From: Paragordius varius
Lineage: Eukaryota > Animalia > Nematomorpha
NCBI GenBank assembly: GCA_964247055.1
Contig: OZ176056.1
Location: forward strand, 6,851,001-6,884,000
Length of the DNA stretch: 33,000 nucleotides
Direction: 5' to 3'
Below, one piece after another: positions 10,855 through 22,330 of the stretch. The position numbers and the translations under genes were made by a program. The notes below the pieces were generated by a model, which saw only the letters and a list, made by a program, of their open reading frames with translations, ran no database searches and was not told the origin of the DNA. Position 1 is the first letter of the stretch, and each line of letters starts with the position of its first letter.

Positions 10855-13029
10855 TAGAATATTTAATATAATTAATAAAATTAAATTTAGGGCAAAGTTA
10901 AAATGTTTAGAAATCATTTTACCATCAATTTATAATAAAAGAATAAATATCATAATTCAACGCTAAAATTTAACTAATTAACTTAAAATTAAATGAATAA
11001 TTTTAGTCAAAATAAAAAAATGCTGCAAAAAAATTGTTGTTTTTTGCTTAAAAAATGGTGTCTTGGGTTTAAAAATGTTGCGTTTGGTTGAAAAAATGTT
11101 ATCTTTGCTTGAAAAAATGCTGCGTTTGTCTGAAAAAATGGTGCGTTTGCTTAAAATGGTGCGTTTGGTTGAAAAAATAATGTTTTTGCATGAAAAATGG
11201 TATATTTACAGTCATATGCATTCATTCTTTACTTGTGGTCCCATCTATAATTGGTAGCAAAGAGAAATGACAGACGAACCAATGAATATAGTAGCTCCTA
11301 ACGCCAGCATTGCCAATTTACCCATAAAAAATACAATAATAATAGATCGACGATATAGTAACAGCAATCATAATATCAATCGGTTACAACATAATAAACC
11401 CTACCGACAAACAATAATAAAATCATCCACTGCATGCAAACATTGCGGCTTCCCACATCCACCCAACAAGTGTCGAGCCTAGAGACGATCCTGCAAAAAA
11501 TGCGGAAAGTTAAACCATTTTGCCAGGATGTGCGTAGCCAAGAGACAAAACTAACTTTAATAGGCAACTATTGAAGGATGTTAAGATGCTTAAACACCTT
11601 TACTGATAACATTAATAATAAACCATTTGAAAAAAGACTTCCTCTATGATACCGGTTCTGATATCAGTGTAATAAACTTTACAACGTAAGAACAAATAGG
11701 TAACCCAAACTACGACCGACACCGCCATTGAAATCATACAACAACACGACAGTGCCAATGATGGGGATAGCAAGCGTCAACGTCCAGGTAAAAGGTGAAC
11801 AAATGATCGGGGACATATGTGTCCTGTGCAAAACGATGGGGATGGAACTACTGATTTGTGGACCGGACTGGATGGCTAAGTTTCAGATTGAGATGCCACA
11901 GGTTAAAATTAATTATCTTAAATTAAATGAGATTTGCGAAAATTTTAAAAACTTATTCGAAAATAAGTTAGGGTGTTATAAAGACCCTGTAAAAATTCGC
12001 ATTGTATGGCCATGTCGCAAGGTGCCTTTTCCATTAGCTAGAGCTGACGAGGCTAGAAAAGTTAGGCATCTTATAACCGGTTGACCCTAACATTATACCT
12101 GTGACATGGGCCACGCCTACGATTAATGTACTTAACCGAATGGCGAATTAAGAATATGTAGTGATTTTCGGTTAACAATTAATAAGTGGTTGCAAGAAGA
12201 CTCACATATAATCCCCACGTTTGATGAGTTGGTGTCAATAGGCGAAGGTCTCACATTCACAAAAATTGATTTTAAAGATGCTTACCTCCAAATGCCAGTG
12301 ACAAAGGAATGTCAAGAATTCACCCATTTTTCCAACGGGTGATGAGATGACGTCCTAGTGACTGGTAGGACGGAAAATGAGCTCATTAACAATTTAAATA
12401 ACGTATTAAGTCGTCTCGATAAGGCCGGATTTAAATTAAGACAAGATAAAATAATGATAGGTGCAGAATCCGCAAACTATTTAGGGTTTGAAATATCCAA
12501 AAGGGTATAAGCCCATGTAAAAGCAAAATCAAGGCAATTAAGGAACTAAAAAGGCCGGTAGAAAGTCATCACGTAGTTTTTTAGGTTTTTTGACGTTTCA
12601 TGAACGCTTTATACCAAAATTACAAATGATAGTCGGTCCCTTACATGTATTAACTAGTAAAAATACAAGATGGTCTTGGACCGAGAAACATGAGAAAAGC
12701 TGGTTAGCAGCTAAGAATTTTTTAAGCGGAAAAGTTTTTTTAACACCATATAATCCGAATAGGAAATTGATAATAGAAACTGATGCGTCAGATTTAGGAT
12801 TTGGCCGTATCTTAAGTCATGAGGTTAATAGTGAAAGAATACTGATAGCGTATGCCTCACAAAAGTGTAGCAATGCTGAAAGAAATTATTCCACTATCGA
12901 GAAGGAATTAAAAGCAATATTGGCGTTAAGAAATTCATAGTTTCATATATAGTAGAAAATTTATAATATTAACTGATCATTTGCCCTTAAATAGAGATCA
13001 AAAATGCTAAAGTACTAAGATGGATTAAA

Positions 13030-16000
13030 ATAAAAAATACCTAATTAATCTTATATTAAAATTATTATTTATACCGTGATACTCAAACCGCGGCCCTAAG
13101 AGTGCTTTAAAATTGCCCTATGGCCATATTGATACTTATTTTTTTATTTAAGAATTTTTAAATTACACATAAACGAATTTTCGCTTATTTTAATATTAAT
13201 TTTTTTCTTTAGATAAAATTTTGTTAATTTTTATTTTTAACCAAAATTAGAAAAAATTGCCTACATTAAAATGATTTCAAAATTTTGGCACATGTTGTTT
13301 CTGTATACTATTTTCTTTTTTATTTGAAATTTTTATTGGATTCCATTGTATTTAAGCAAACCTTTCATCCAAACGCATATACATATTCTTTTCATTGCTA
13401 TCCGAACTTATTATCATTCATTAAATTTCGACCTCTTTTTTTATAGCATAAGTAAAAACATATTCTAATTTTATTGAAAAAATTTGCATAATATATACAC
13501 ATAAATTGAAGGATGACATCTAATGCTAAAAAACGTATATTATCCGATGAAAATCGCTCTTTTAAAAAGAATAAGAAGATAAATTCTTTGTCGTTTAAAA
13601 TAAAAATGTTGTTACCTCCCTTGTATGTAAGGACAACATAATTTTAAATTGAAACACATTTTACAATCCATCATTCTCATAAAATACCAGAAAATCATGA
13701 AGAGAGAGTCGAAAAATATAAAAAGATTAAGGAATTATACCAAAAAGAAAAATCTATGTCCATAGCTTTATCCCAGGAAAAAGCTGTAACATTAGCTTCG
13801 TATAAAATTTGCTATATTTTAGGAAAAATATAAAACCGTTTACAGATTTCCAACTAAAAAGAATGTCTAATAAATGATTGCACTTTTTGATTTGATAAAT
13901 TCCATAATAAAGATCAAATCATGAGGCAAAAACAACTTTAACTTTCTGATTCAACATGTGCTTCACGCATTGAAGATATGTCTAAATATATTTTTAACAA
14001 AACATTTGTTCTGAAAAAGTGCAAATATAGTAGTATTGCTATTGATTCTAGCAATATTAGTTCAACAACTTAATGTGCGCTCTTCGTGAGATTTTACAAC
14101 AGCATAATCAACAAGGAATATTTAAAAATTTTACTAATGAATAATACCACGAAAGGAAGTGATTTTCTCGAAATAATTAGCACTTTTTTCAATAATAATG
14201 GTATATCTATGAAAAAAAAATGGTTTTGATCTGCACAGATGGTTGTCCCTCTATGATTGGAATAAACAAAGTTCTTTCGAAAAACAAATATAATTAAAAT
14301 ATTTCCTTTCACTGCTTTATTCAGCAGCGAAATTTGGTTACGCGTGTAAAAGATGAATCACTTAATTCAGTAATTAAAACGGTTGTGGATATAGCTAACC
14401 ACATCTGTGGCAAATTCAACCGCCGTAAATTCAAAAACCTTCTGAAAGATCCACAGTCAGTTTGATATTCATTTGTACACCGCTGTGAGATGAACAGATT
14501 TTTTGTATTAAGACATGAAATTATATTATTTATAAAAGATAACAGAAAGTTTGACGAGGAAAATAGTGACGAATGGTGAGTTTTATTAGCCTACCTTTGT
14601 GACATTACTTATAAAATTAAAACGATTCATGAAGAAAATATGGAATTTACCACGGTTAATAATAGACAATCCTTTAACATTTTTATCCAATGAGATGAAA
14701 TTCAAATTTCAAGAATTAAGAAATATTAAAAAATGCTTACAACTCGTTGAAAATTTATGGCATATGGATATATCAATATTAAGCAATTTGAGCACTTCGG
14801 TTTTGATCAGGCGCATATCATTGAATCCGTAGATTTTAAAAATGATTCCAATTTGGAGGCTATATTCTAGGGAAATCGTGGAGAAAAGATATGCAGAGTT
14901 TTGCCAAGATGTGCCAAATAAATATGAAAATATAAAAGATGCGCTCAAGTTATCCTAACTGTTTTTCCCTCAACTTACACGTGTAAGACGGCATATTCAA
15001 AAATGAAGTATGTCAAGAATACAGACAGACATATGGACGACTTATTAAGAATGGCCTGTGTGAGAAACCAATTTTGCCAAAAATTATTTAATATGAAAAT
15101 AAATGTTGATATCAAAATATTTTAATTTTTTAAATTAGATGGTGCAAAACGAGTTTTTAGCTGGATTTCAGATCCCCAAAAAATTCATTGTGCTGATTTA
15201 GAGTATAAATATGTGCATATGTGTCAAATAGCTATGAAATATTTGCCATTATAAGGTTCATGGCCCTCGAAAAAAATATATATTTTATTTGGCCCGTCAA
15301 ATTTTTTTGGTGATTACCACTGATTTATACCAATTATTAAAATTATCTATTGTTATACATTTACTCTCTAACTTTATTCTATCTTTTATCACTTATCCTA
15401 TACTTTTCCACATACCTATTAACATTTTGTTTTGGAAGTAGGACTTACCGTTGGCCTTATTTCCTATAATTTGCTTATTAATATTCTCTTGAAATATACA
15501 AATTGTATTGGATAAGTATTGGAGCACAGTTCTTAAATTTAATTCTAATAAAATATTTTACTTTAATTTTCACTTTGATACATAAAAGAACTTGATTTAT
15601 AAATTTGTTTTATACATAAATTTTGCTATCAAATTTTTATTCGTAATATAATTTACCTTTTACTTATAACCTGTGTTTTTAACATCTATCAATTTGTTAT
15701 AATTAGTTCGACCCTTCAATTTTATCATTTTATTTGTTTGTGTAAAGCTGTCAAATGAATATTGATGTAAATAAAAAACCGGTTAGGCCTGGCCTGCCAC
15801 GGTTGGTGTTGTGGCCAATAATACAATGAGAATGCAAAGAAAAACGGGATGCTTGTGTTTTGCTATTGATTCATTGAAAAGAAGTTAAATGATATTGTGA
15901 GAATAATGAAAGTTAAACATATAGAAATTATGGCATTACAAGAGACTCGTTACCGGGGAAATGGAGCAAGGACTTTGGAATAAAATTATCGATTATATTA

Positions 16001-18605
16001 CTCGGGTGAAAGTGACGGACGAAATGGAGTGGCAGCGATCATAAATACCAAATTGTCTAATCAAGTTAAAGAGGTTTGACGCTTTAACAGCTGAATATTG
16101 AATTTGGATATTTTGGTAGGTAACGAGGTCATAACGGTATTCAGTATATATGCCCCGCAAATAGGTTTACTAAAACAAAAAAAGGAGGAATTTTACGAGA
16201 CTCTAGAAGAAAAATTAGTGGCTCTCCCTCAGCTCAGAATCAGTTTTTATGTGGGAATTTTTATGGTTATCTTGGTTCAAGTAGGGAATCTTTTGAAATA
16301 TGGCACGGGGGACATTCTTATGGAGAAAGAAACGAGGAAGGAATTAATTTGCTTAGATTTGCACAATCTCCCAATTTGGCGATAGCGAACACATTTTTCG
16401 AAAAAGAGAGAGTCATGTAGTAACTTACAAAAGCGGCATAAACAAATGTCAAATAGATTTTATACTAGTCCCAAGAGACTTACTGAAGCTTGTATTAGAC
16501 TGTAAGGTCGCGTAGAGATTAGTTCGGACATAATTTACTTATTTGTAAATTTTTTGTGAAAGAAAAGTCTAAACAAATTGTTCCTTGCTCAAAGAGATTA
16601 AAAACTATAAGGTAGAAATTATCTGAAAAAAGCATGCTTTTATAAAAGAAATACGGTTATCCGATGATGGTGGGTAAAATGGTGAGTGGGATAAAGTAAG
16701 CAAGTTAATCAAAAAGGCAGGAACTCTAGTTTGTGGATTTAAAGGCGGAAAATCTTAATTATACAGAGAGGCTTGGCTTTGCGATGAAAGAATAATAGTG
16801 ATGTCACGAGAAAAAGGTAAGGCTTTTGACAAATGGAGACATACAAGGAATGATGATGATAAAGATAAGTATAAAAGGAATTGAAAAAATTAGTCGGCCA
16901 GGTTAAGAAAGAAAAGATAAATTTATTTTATGATGAGTTAATAGTTTGCGCAGCAAAGGAATAAACGCAGGATGGATTTGCCAGGTTATGCGACTGCAAT
17001 AAAAGGAAAAGATGGAAACTTGCTGTGCGAAAATGTAATTAAAAAGATGGAAAGAGTACTTTGTTAGTTTGGATGAAGGGGTAGGCGAGATATTCTTGCC
17101 AAATACAATTGAAGCTATTGATAGACCAATAGAAGCAATTACAGAAAAGGAGGGAGAATCCAATTTGTTAGAAATGCCAAACAACAAGGCTGTAGGATCA
17201 GACGACATTAAATTGTTGGAAAGTGCTTGGAAACGCTGGAGTAAATTGCATGGAGCGTGTTTTTAATAAAATTGTTTCAACTCATGAAATCCCGGTTGAA
17301 TGGAAAGAAAGTTTAACTGTGCCTTTATCTAAAGGAAAAAATTATATAAATGAATGTAGTAACTATAGAGGAATGAAAACTAATGTTGCACACCATGAAA
17401 TTGTTTGAAAAAATAATTGAAAAGCGAATCTGGAAAATGATATCTATAGAAGGAAATCAATTTGGTTTCATGCCAGGAAAGTCAACAGTAGACCCTATAC
17501 ATGCGGTTAGGAGGTTGATTGAAAAACACATTGAAAAAAAGAAAGAATTACACGGGGTTTTAATTGAGACATAGAGAAGGCGTTTGACAGGATTCCCAGA
17601 GAAACTATTTGGTGGAGTCTCCGTTGTAAAAAGGTTCCAGAAAGTTATATTAAGTTGTTACAAATAATGTACAAATCCCACACCTCCAGGATTAAAACCC
17701 CACAAGATTTATCAAAACCCTTTTCAATAAAGCATGGAGTCTACCAAGACTCATCACTCAGCCCCTTATTGTTATAATTTGTATGGACGAGGTAGCCAAG
17801 GTTGTTAATGTGAGTTCAGGTTGATATTTAATGTATGCAGATGACATATTCATCTTGTCTGATTCATTAATTGAGTCAAAGCGAACGGTAAACAGATGGG
17901 TTGTTATACTGGATCAATACGGTCTGAAAGTAAACAAAGCAAAAACCGAACTTATTACTTTTGGGGGTCCACAACATGAAATAATAGTTGATGATAGTTG
18001 GGTTCTGAAGGGTAAAGAAAGTTGCAAATATTTAGGAGCTATGTTAAGTTGAGATGGTTCGTTGACCGATGATATTAATTTAAAAATACAGAGCAGGGTA
18101 AATTGGAAGAAAATTTCGAGCGTGTTATGCGATCGAAATATTGATGTTAGAGTGAAAGGTAAGATTTACAGTTCAGTTGTCCAGCCCTCAATGATGTATA
18201 ATTCACAGACGTGGGGTGTCAAAAACTCCGAAGAAAGACACTTTAACGCGACTGAAATGAAAATTCTCAGAATGATGTGTGGGGTAACAAGAAAGGACAG
18301 AATTGAGAAATTTATTCGTGGGAGCACAGATATTAAACCAATAGTGGAAAGAATGTCAAAAAATAGGCTACGTTGGTTTGGGCACATTGAAAGGAGAGAT
18401 TCTAATTATATTGCAACAATAATAGATAGTCATATAGTTGAGGAAAAACAAGGACGTTAGCGGCCTAAACGAAATGGATAGATACAGTAAAAAGACAGCT
18501 AGCAGAATACGAGCTTAATGCAGAGGACGCCATAGATAGGGCGAGACAGGTTGTATAACATGACCGCTCTCACGAGTGACAACATGTAATGTAATAATAA
18601 TAATA
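13030..18605 (+). mobile_element. RTE-clade non-LTR retrotransposon, defective, inserted at the end of the Gypsy RNase H region
   Basis: 16-bp TSD ACTAAGATGGATTAAA (13014-13029 and 18606-18621); 3' (TAA)n tail; APE endonuclease (IMALQETRY, LYYSG..RNGV, SIYAPQIG, TYKSG..QIDFILV); RT (NYRG, QFGFMPGKST, DIEKAFDRIP, MYADDI, KYLG); C-terminal RLRWFGHIERR. Coding remnant ~15830-18560. Confidence 0.95.
13075..15322 (+). mobile_element. hAT (Buster-type) transposon, defective, copy 2, nested in the 5' part of the RTE insertion
   Basis: Colinear with 1806-4165; ends C(A)GTGATACTCAAAC...GGTGATTACCACTG; perfect 8-bp TSD ATTTATAC (13067-13074, 15323-15330) fitting the Buster nnnTAnnn pattern; broken transposase from ATG 13513. 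Confidence 0.95.
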
Positions 18606-20101
18606 ACTAAGATGGATTAAATAATAAATGAATACGATTTTTATATAAGTCATCAAAAGGGGGCTCAAAACAAAGCTGATTATTTATCGATATGGATTGA
18701 CGAGATCGTTGCTTATGATAAAGATTATGCCGTTACCATTTTGAGATTTTTGAATTGTCATAACGTGCGGTTAAGCAGAGATGAAATTCGAAGAGAAACC
18801 GCATTGGATCCAGCATTACAAAAAGTAATTAAAGCGTTAAAAAACCATGATTGAACTATCCAGACTTAGAAAAGTTTGTAAACCGTAAAGACGAGTAAGC
18901 ATATCAATATGGCTTGTTAAGTTTAAATGATCGGATTAAAATTCCGAAGACCCTTTAGAAAGAGGTGGTGAGATACTTACACAGCCATAACAACGTAGAT
19001 ACCATGACAGAGATGGCCAGATTTACGTGTTATTGGCGAGAATTAGATGACCTGAGCCAGTATTCAGTGCGAATCGCCAACGTAGTAGGCCGAATGTTAC
19101 TCAGAATACCACGTATCATGGGATCATATAATGTTGCTGTGTGGAAGCGTTTGCATATTGATATAGCCGGACCGGTAGACGGTTATTATTGGTTGTTGAT
19201 AATTGATAGTGCCTCGAATGTCAGAATGGTTTATTTTGAAAAAGATAACCGCAGCGAAAACAATCCATAAAGTAGAAGAAACCTTTGCAAGGTTTGGTTT
19301 TGTAAGAGAGATCGTTAGCGATAACGCTTCGTTTAACAATGAGTACTTCACATCAACCTTAAGTACGTTAAGGGAACATATTAAGGTTACCTCCTACCAT
19401 CCTAAGAGTAATGGGATGGTAGAAAGGTTAGTAGCTACGATAAAAATAAAAAAGAATAAAAAATAATGCGATATCCACCCACGAAGCGATTAACACTAGC
19501 CTATGGGCGTATAGAAACTCTATACACTCGACAACTAAAAAAACCCCGGCCCTTTTAATGTTTAAGCGTACACCCCATAACCCCTTAACCTGGTTAAATA
19601 GTAGGGCAAGATTGTTAGATGCACCGGCACCCCGACGTCAGTTACTGATTAATGAACCACTAATGATCAAAAATAAACTTCGGTTGGCACGCCGGAGAAA
19701 TCACGGACCGTACAAGGTTATTGTCATACAAGGTGTGGGACAAAGACCGGGAGAAATTCGTGAGGGGACACGCCGATCAAATAGTACACCAGCCACAACC
19801 ACAAACTACCATTTTCAGCAATACAAGTGATGAGGACGTAACCACGGTCAAGGATGATACACTTGCCCACCTCAACCAAACAGCACGATCAACCCAAGTG
19901 ACGAAACCGAACCGATTACCCCGACAACCGCCAGTCTAAATAATAATAATAATACCCAGGAACCTGCGACAATCACCTCCCCCATAAAAATACAGGAACG
20001 ACGGTACCCGACAAGAAGTCGTCAGAAACCCGCCCGCTTCATTAGAAGTGGGTAGTGATGTTATAATGGTAACTGACAGGCTAATTTGAATAAACCTTAT
20101 A

Positions 20102-20898
20102 TACCATTTACACTTCAAGAGTGTCCTTGAACAATTCAAGTTGGTCCTTGAACAATTCAAGTTGGTCCTTACAGTTCAAGTTGGTCCTTGAACAATTCAA
20201 GTTGGTCCTTGAACAGTTCAAGTTGGTCCTTGAACAATTCAAGTTGGTCCTTAAACAATTCAAGTTGGTCCTTGAACAGTTCAAGTTGATCCTTGAACAA
20301 TTCAAGTTGGTCCTTAAAATTTATAAATTTTGATATAACCATAATTTTTGCATTTATTCTTTTATTTTATTATTTATTAACCTAATTTTCATTATTTATT
20401 ATATATTTAATCATTTAAAAATAAAATTTTTTATTGAAAAATCACTTTTTTGTTTCAAACTATTTTTTTTTCAATTGAACAAAATTATTGACTTTTAAAT
20501 GTTTTTAATGAAAAAATTTAATTAATAACCCAGAAAACTTATATATTTTTTCATTTCGTGTTAAAATCTTATAAATATCTAAATTTATTTTAAGAAATTA
20601 ATAAAGATATACGGTTTCTCAAAGATTAAAAGTTTGTATCGATTTAAATTTTATGTTAAATAATAGAAAATAGGTTAAATACAATAAAATAGATGAATTA
20701 TTTTCGATTTGATTGATAAAAGTTAAAAACAAAACAAAAAAGTCAAAGGACCAACTTGAATTGTTCAAGGACCAACTTGAATTGTTCAAGGACCAACTTG
20801 AACTGTTCAAGGACCAACTTGAATTGTTCAAGGACCAACTTGAATTGTTCAAGGACCAACTTGAATTGTTCAAGGACACTCTTGAAGTGTAAATGGTA
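20102..20898 (+). mobile_element. MITE family A, young copy with 21-bp subterminal tandem arrays
   Basis: Perfect TIR TACCATTTACACTTCAAGAGTGTCCTTGAACAA, flanked by TA. Unit TTCAAGTTGGTCCTTGAACAA occurs about 9 times on the left and 6 times (inverted) on the right, plus one variant unit at each end. AT-rich non-coding core. Confidence 0.93.
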
Positions 20899-21097
20899 TA
20901 TTATACTATTGATTAACCGCACAAACAACATTCGTAATATATTAATAGATTAACCTCGTAACTTATGTTAATAATATAATATTATTAGATTAACTTCACC
21001 ACCACGTTTTACTATTATTATTATTATACTTTGAATAAATTGTAAAAAGGCAATCAATTCACATTGATATATGTGAATACATTTATACCTGATTATA

Positions 21098-21106
21098 TTA
21101 TATATT

Positions 21107-21150
<44 letters not shown>

Positions 21151-21158
21151 TATTATAT
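21098..21158. repeat. (TA)n microsatellite
   Basis: Direct observation. Confidence 0.95.
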
Positions 21159-21620
21159 AAAACGATCATACAATAAATTATTCCTTTTTTACCGTATCTG
21201 ACGTTATTGTGGTCCCATCTAAAAGTTTTATATCGGTGTCTTAAATAAATAAGCCTCTTGAATCTCATCCAACAACATGCAAGTAGTATCTCCTAGGAGC
21301 TAAACTTTATGAAATAGTTATAAATAAGGGAATAGCTTTATAAGATTTTCTATATTTGGGTGGTGCCTATTCAATTGATTTTGCTCTTCGGTTGATTGAG
21401 TTATTTAGACTTTATTAGTTTTTCTATAGGTTGATGAGTGAAATAACAGAAAATATGTTCCAGTAAAAAATTTGTGACCGAATTCGTTAAATAGATAATT
21501 TTCATATTATATATTTGTTTGGGTCATGAACCGTCAAATGTTATATTTTTTATTATTTTTTGTGTAAGTTGTATTATTTGAGATGTTTTAATTTATAGTT
21601 AATATAATTTTGACACTTAA

Positions 21621-22139
21621 CTCTTCACAACCTTTTCACTTTTTCCCCGATGACAGATTAGGGTGTTTTATATCCCAGAGCTCAATCTTGTGACTAAACT
21701 ACTATTTTAAGCATTATTTTAGTTAATACTAATTATTAATCATTGTTCTCTTGTATAAGATAAAAAAGCATATATATTTTACCAGTTTTGTAATTTCCAT
21801 GAAATCGGAACAGCTACGCAAGATTATCAGAACTCATTTTAGAATCAAGAAAAATCAAGTTTTTGCTGGTGAAATCCAACGTGAAAGCTTATTAAAGTTA
21901 ATTATTTACATTGTCTTACCCTAATATACATTTTTTGTCTATTAGCGAATTTAAAAAAATTCGGCGAAAAAGTTTGAGATGAGATTTTTTTACATTATAT
22001 TTTTAAAAAATTTTTTGTTTGTTACTTCTAAAAAGCTAAAGAAAACCTTTTTTCAAATTAAGCCCTGTATTTAAAACACTTTTTCAAATATTCAAACAAT
22101 TGCTCTAAGACATAAAACTACCCCAAAGATCATGAACCG
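21621..22139. mobile_element. Degenerate piggyBac-like MITE (family C), copy 1
   Basis: TTAA on both sides (21617-21620, 22140-22143); degenerate TIRs CTCTTCACAACC / GATCATGAACCG; homologous in opposite orientation to 29955-30404 and 32572-33000. Confidence 0.6.
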
Positions 22140-22284
22140 TTAACTAAATTTTTATTAAAATATGACTTTTTTCAAAAATTAAATTTTAAGTAAAATTTTG
22201 TCGTTCTTCATACTAATCTGAGGCAGGTAGAAACAGTTTAAAACACTAAAGATATTAAACGGTGACCACAAAAAACAACCTGAT

Positions 22285-22288
<4 letters not shown>

Positions 22289-22325
<37 letters not shown>
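22289..22325. repeat. (TA)n microsatellite between two CAGG-type element ends
   Basis: Flanked by CAACCTGATA on the left and TATCAGGATT on the right. Confidence 0.9.
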
Positions 22326-22328
<3 letters not shown>

Positions 22329-22330
22329 AT

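Larger units (their letters stand above)
9540..11229. repeat. 1.7-kb inverted duplication (foldback-like) with ~690-bp diverged arms, built from two MITE types
   Basis: 9540-10233 is the reverse complement of 10538-11229 (e.g. GAATGCATATGACTGTAAATATACCATTTTTCA / TGAAAAATGGTATATTTACAGTCATATGCATTC). The outer parts carry ~20-bp tandem units (CATTTTTTCAAGCAAACGCA-like) at 9570-9715 and 11040-11200. Confidence 0.9.
11233..21224 (+). mobile_element. Ty3/Gypsy LTR retrotransposon, Mag-like clade, defective, with nested insertions and most of the 5' LTR lost
   Basis: 5' LTR remnant TTGTGGTCCCATCTA (11233-11247 = 21207-21221); tRNA-iMet-type PBS TGGTAGCA (11252); double Zn knuckle CKHCGFPHPPNKC..CKKCGKLNHFARMC; protease FLYDTGSDISV; RT (WATPTINV, LRICSDFRLTIN, FTKIDFKDAYLQ, DDVLV); RNase H (ETDASDLG, NYSTIEKE, TDH); integrase after 18622 (WKRLHIDIAGP, IVSDN, YHPKSNGMVERLV, AYRNSIHSTT); PPT-like 20044-20058. 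Confidence 0.93.
20059..21224 (+). repeat. 3' LTR of the Gypsy element, interrupted by MITE A and a (TA)n tract
   Basis: Begins TGTTATAATGG directly after the purine-rich tract and ends near CCATCTAAAA, which matches the sequence just before the PBS. The right boundary is uncertain. Confidence 0.65.

Noticed and set aside
20115-20315. CRISPR-like palindromic repeats, or heat-shock elements
   Set aside because: There are no unique spacers and no cas genes, and the context is eukaryotic. The GAA-to-TTC spacing is 3 nt, not the 2 nt of nGAAnnTTCn.
20108-20953. ORFs with heptad repeats (LEQFKLV, NCSRTNL, SLNNSSW) resembling leucine zippers
   Set aside because: They are by-products of a 21-bp non-coding array, open in several frames on both strands and confined within MITE TIRs.
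21225-21277. Alternative 3' LTR end at AACAACA (21277)
   Set aside because: The sequence preceding the PBS matches 21207-21221, so an end near 21224 needs no extra deletion. Not fully excluded, because no TSD can be checked.
21260-21490. Weak resemblance to a PABP MLLE domain (K*YLLGAKLYEIV)
   Set aside because: Too short, interrupted by stops, and lacks the KITGMLLE core.
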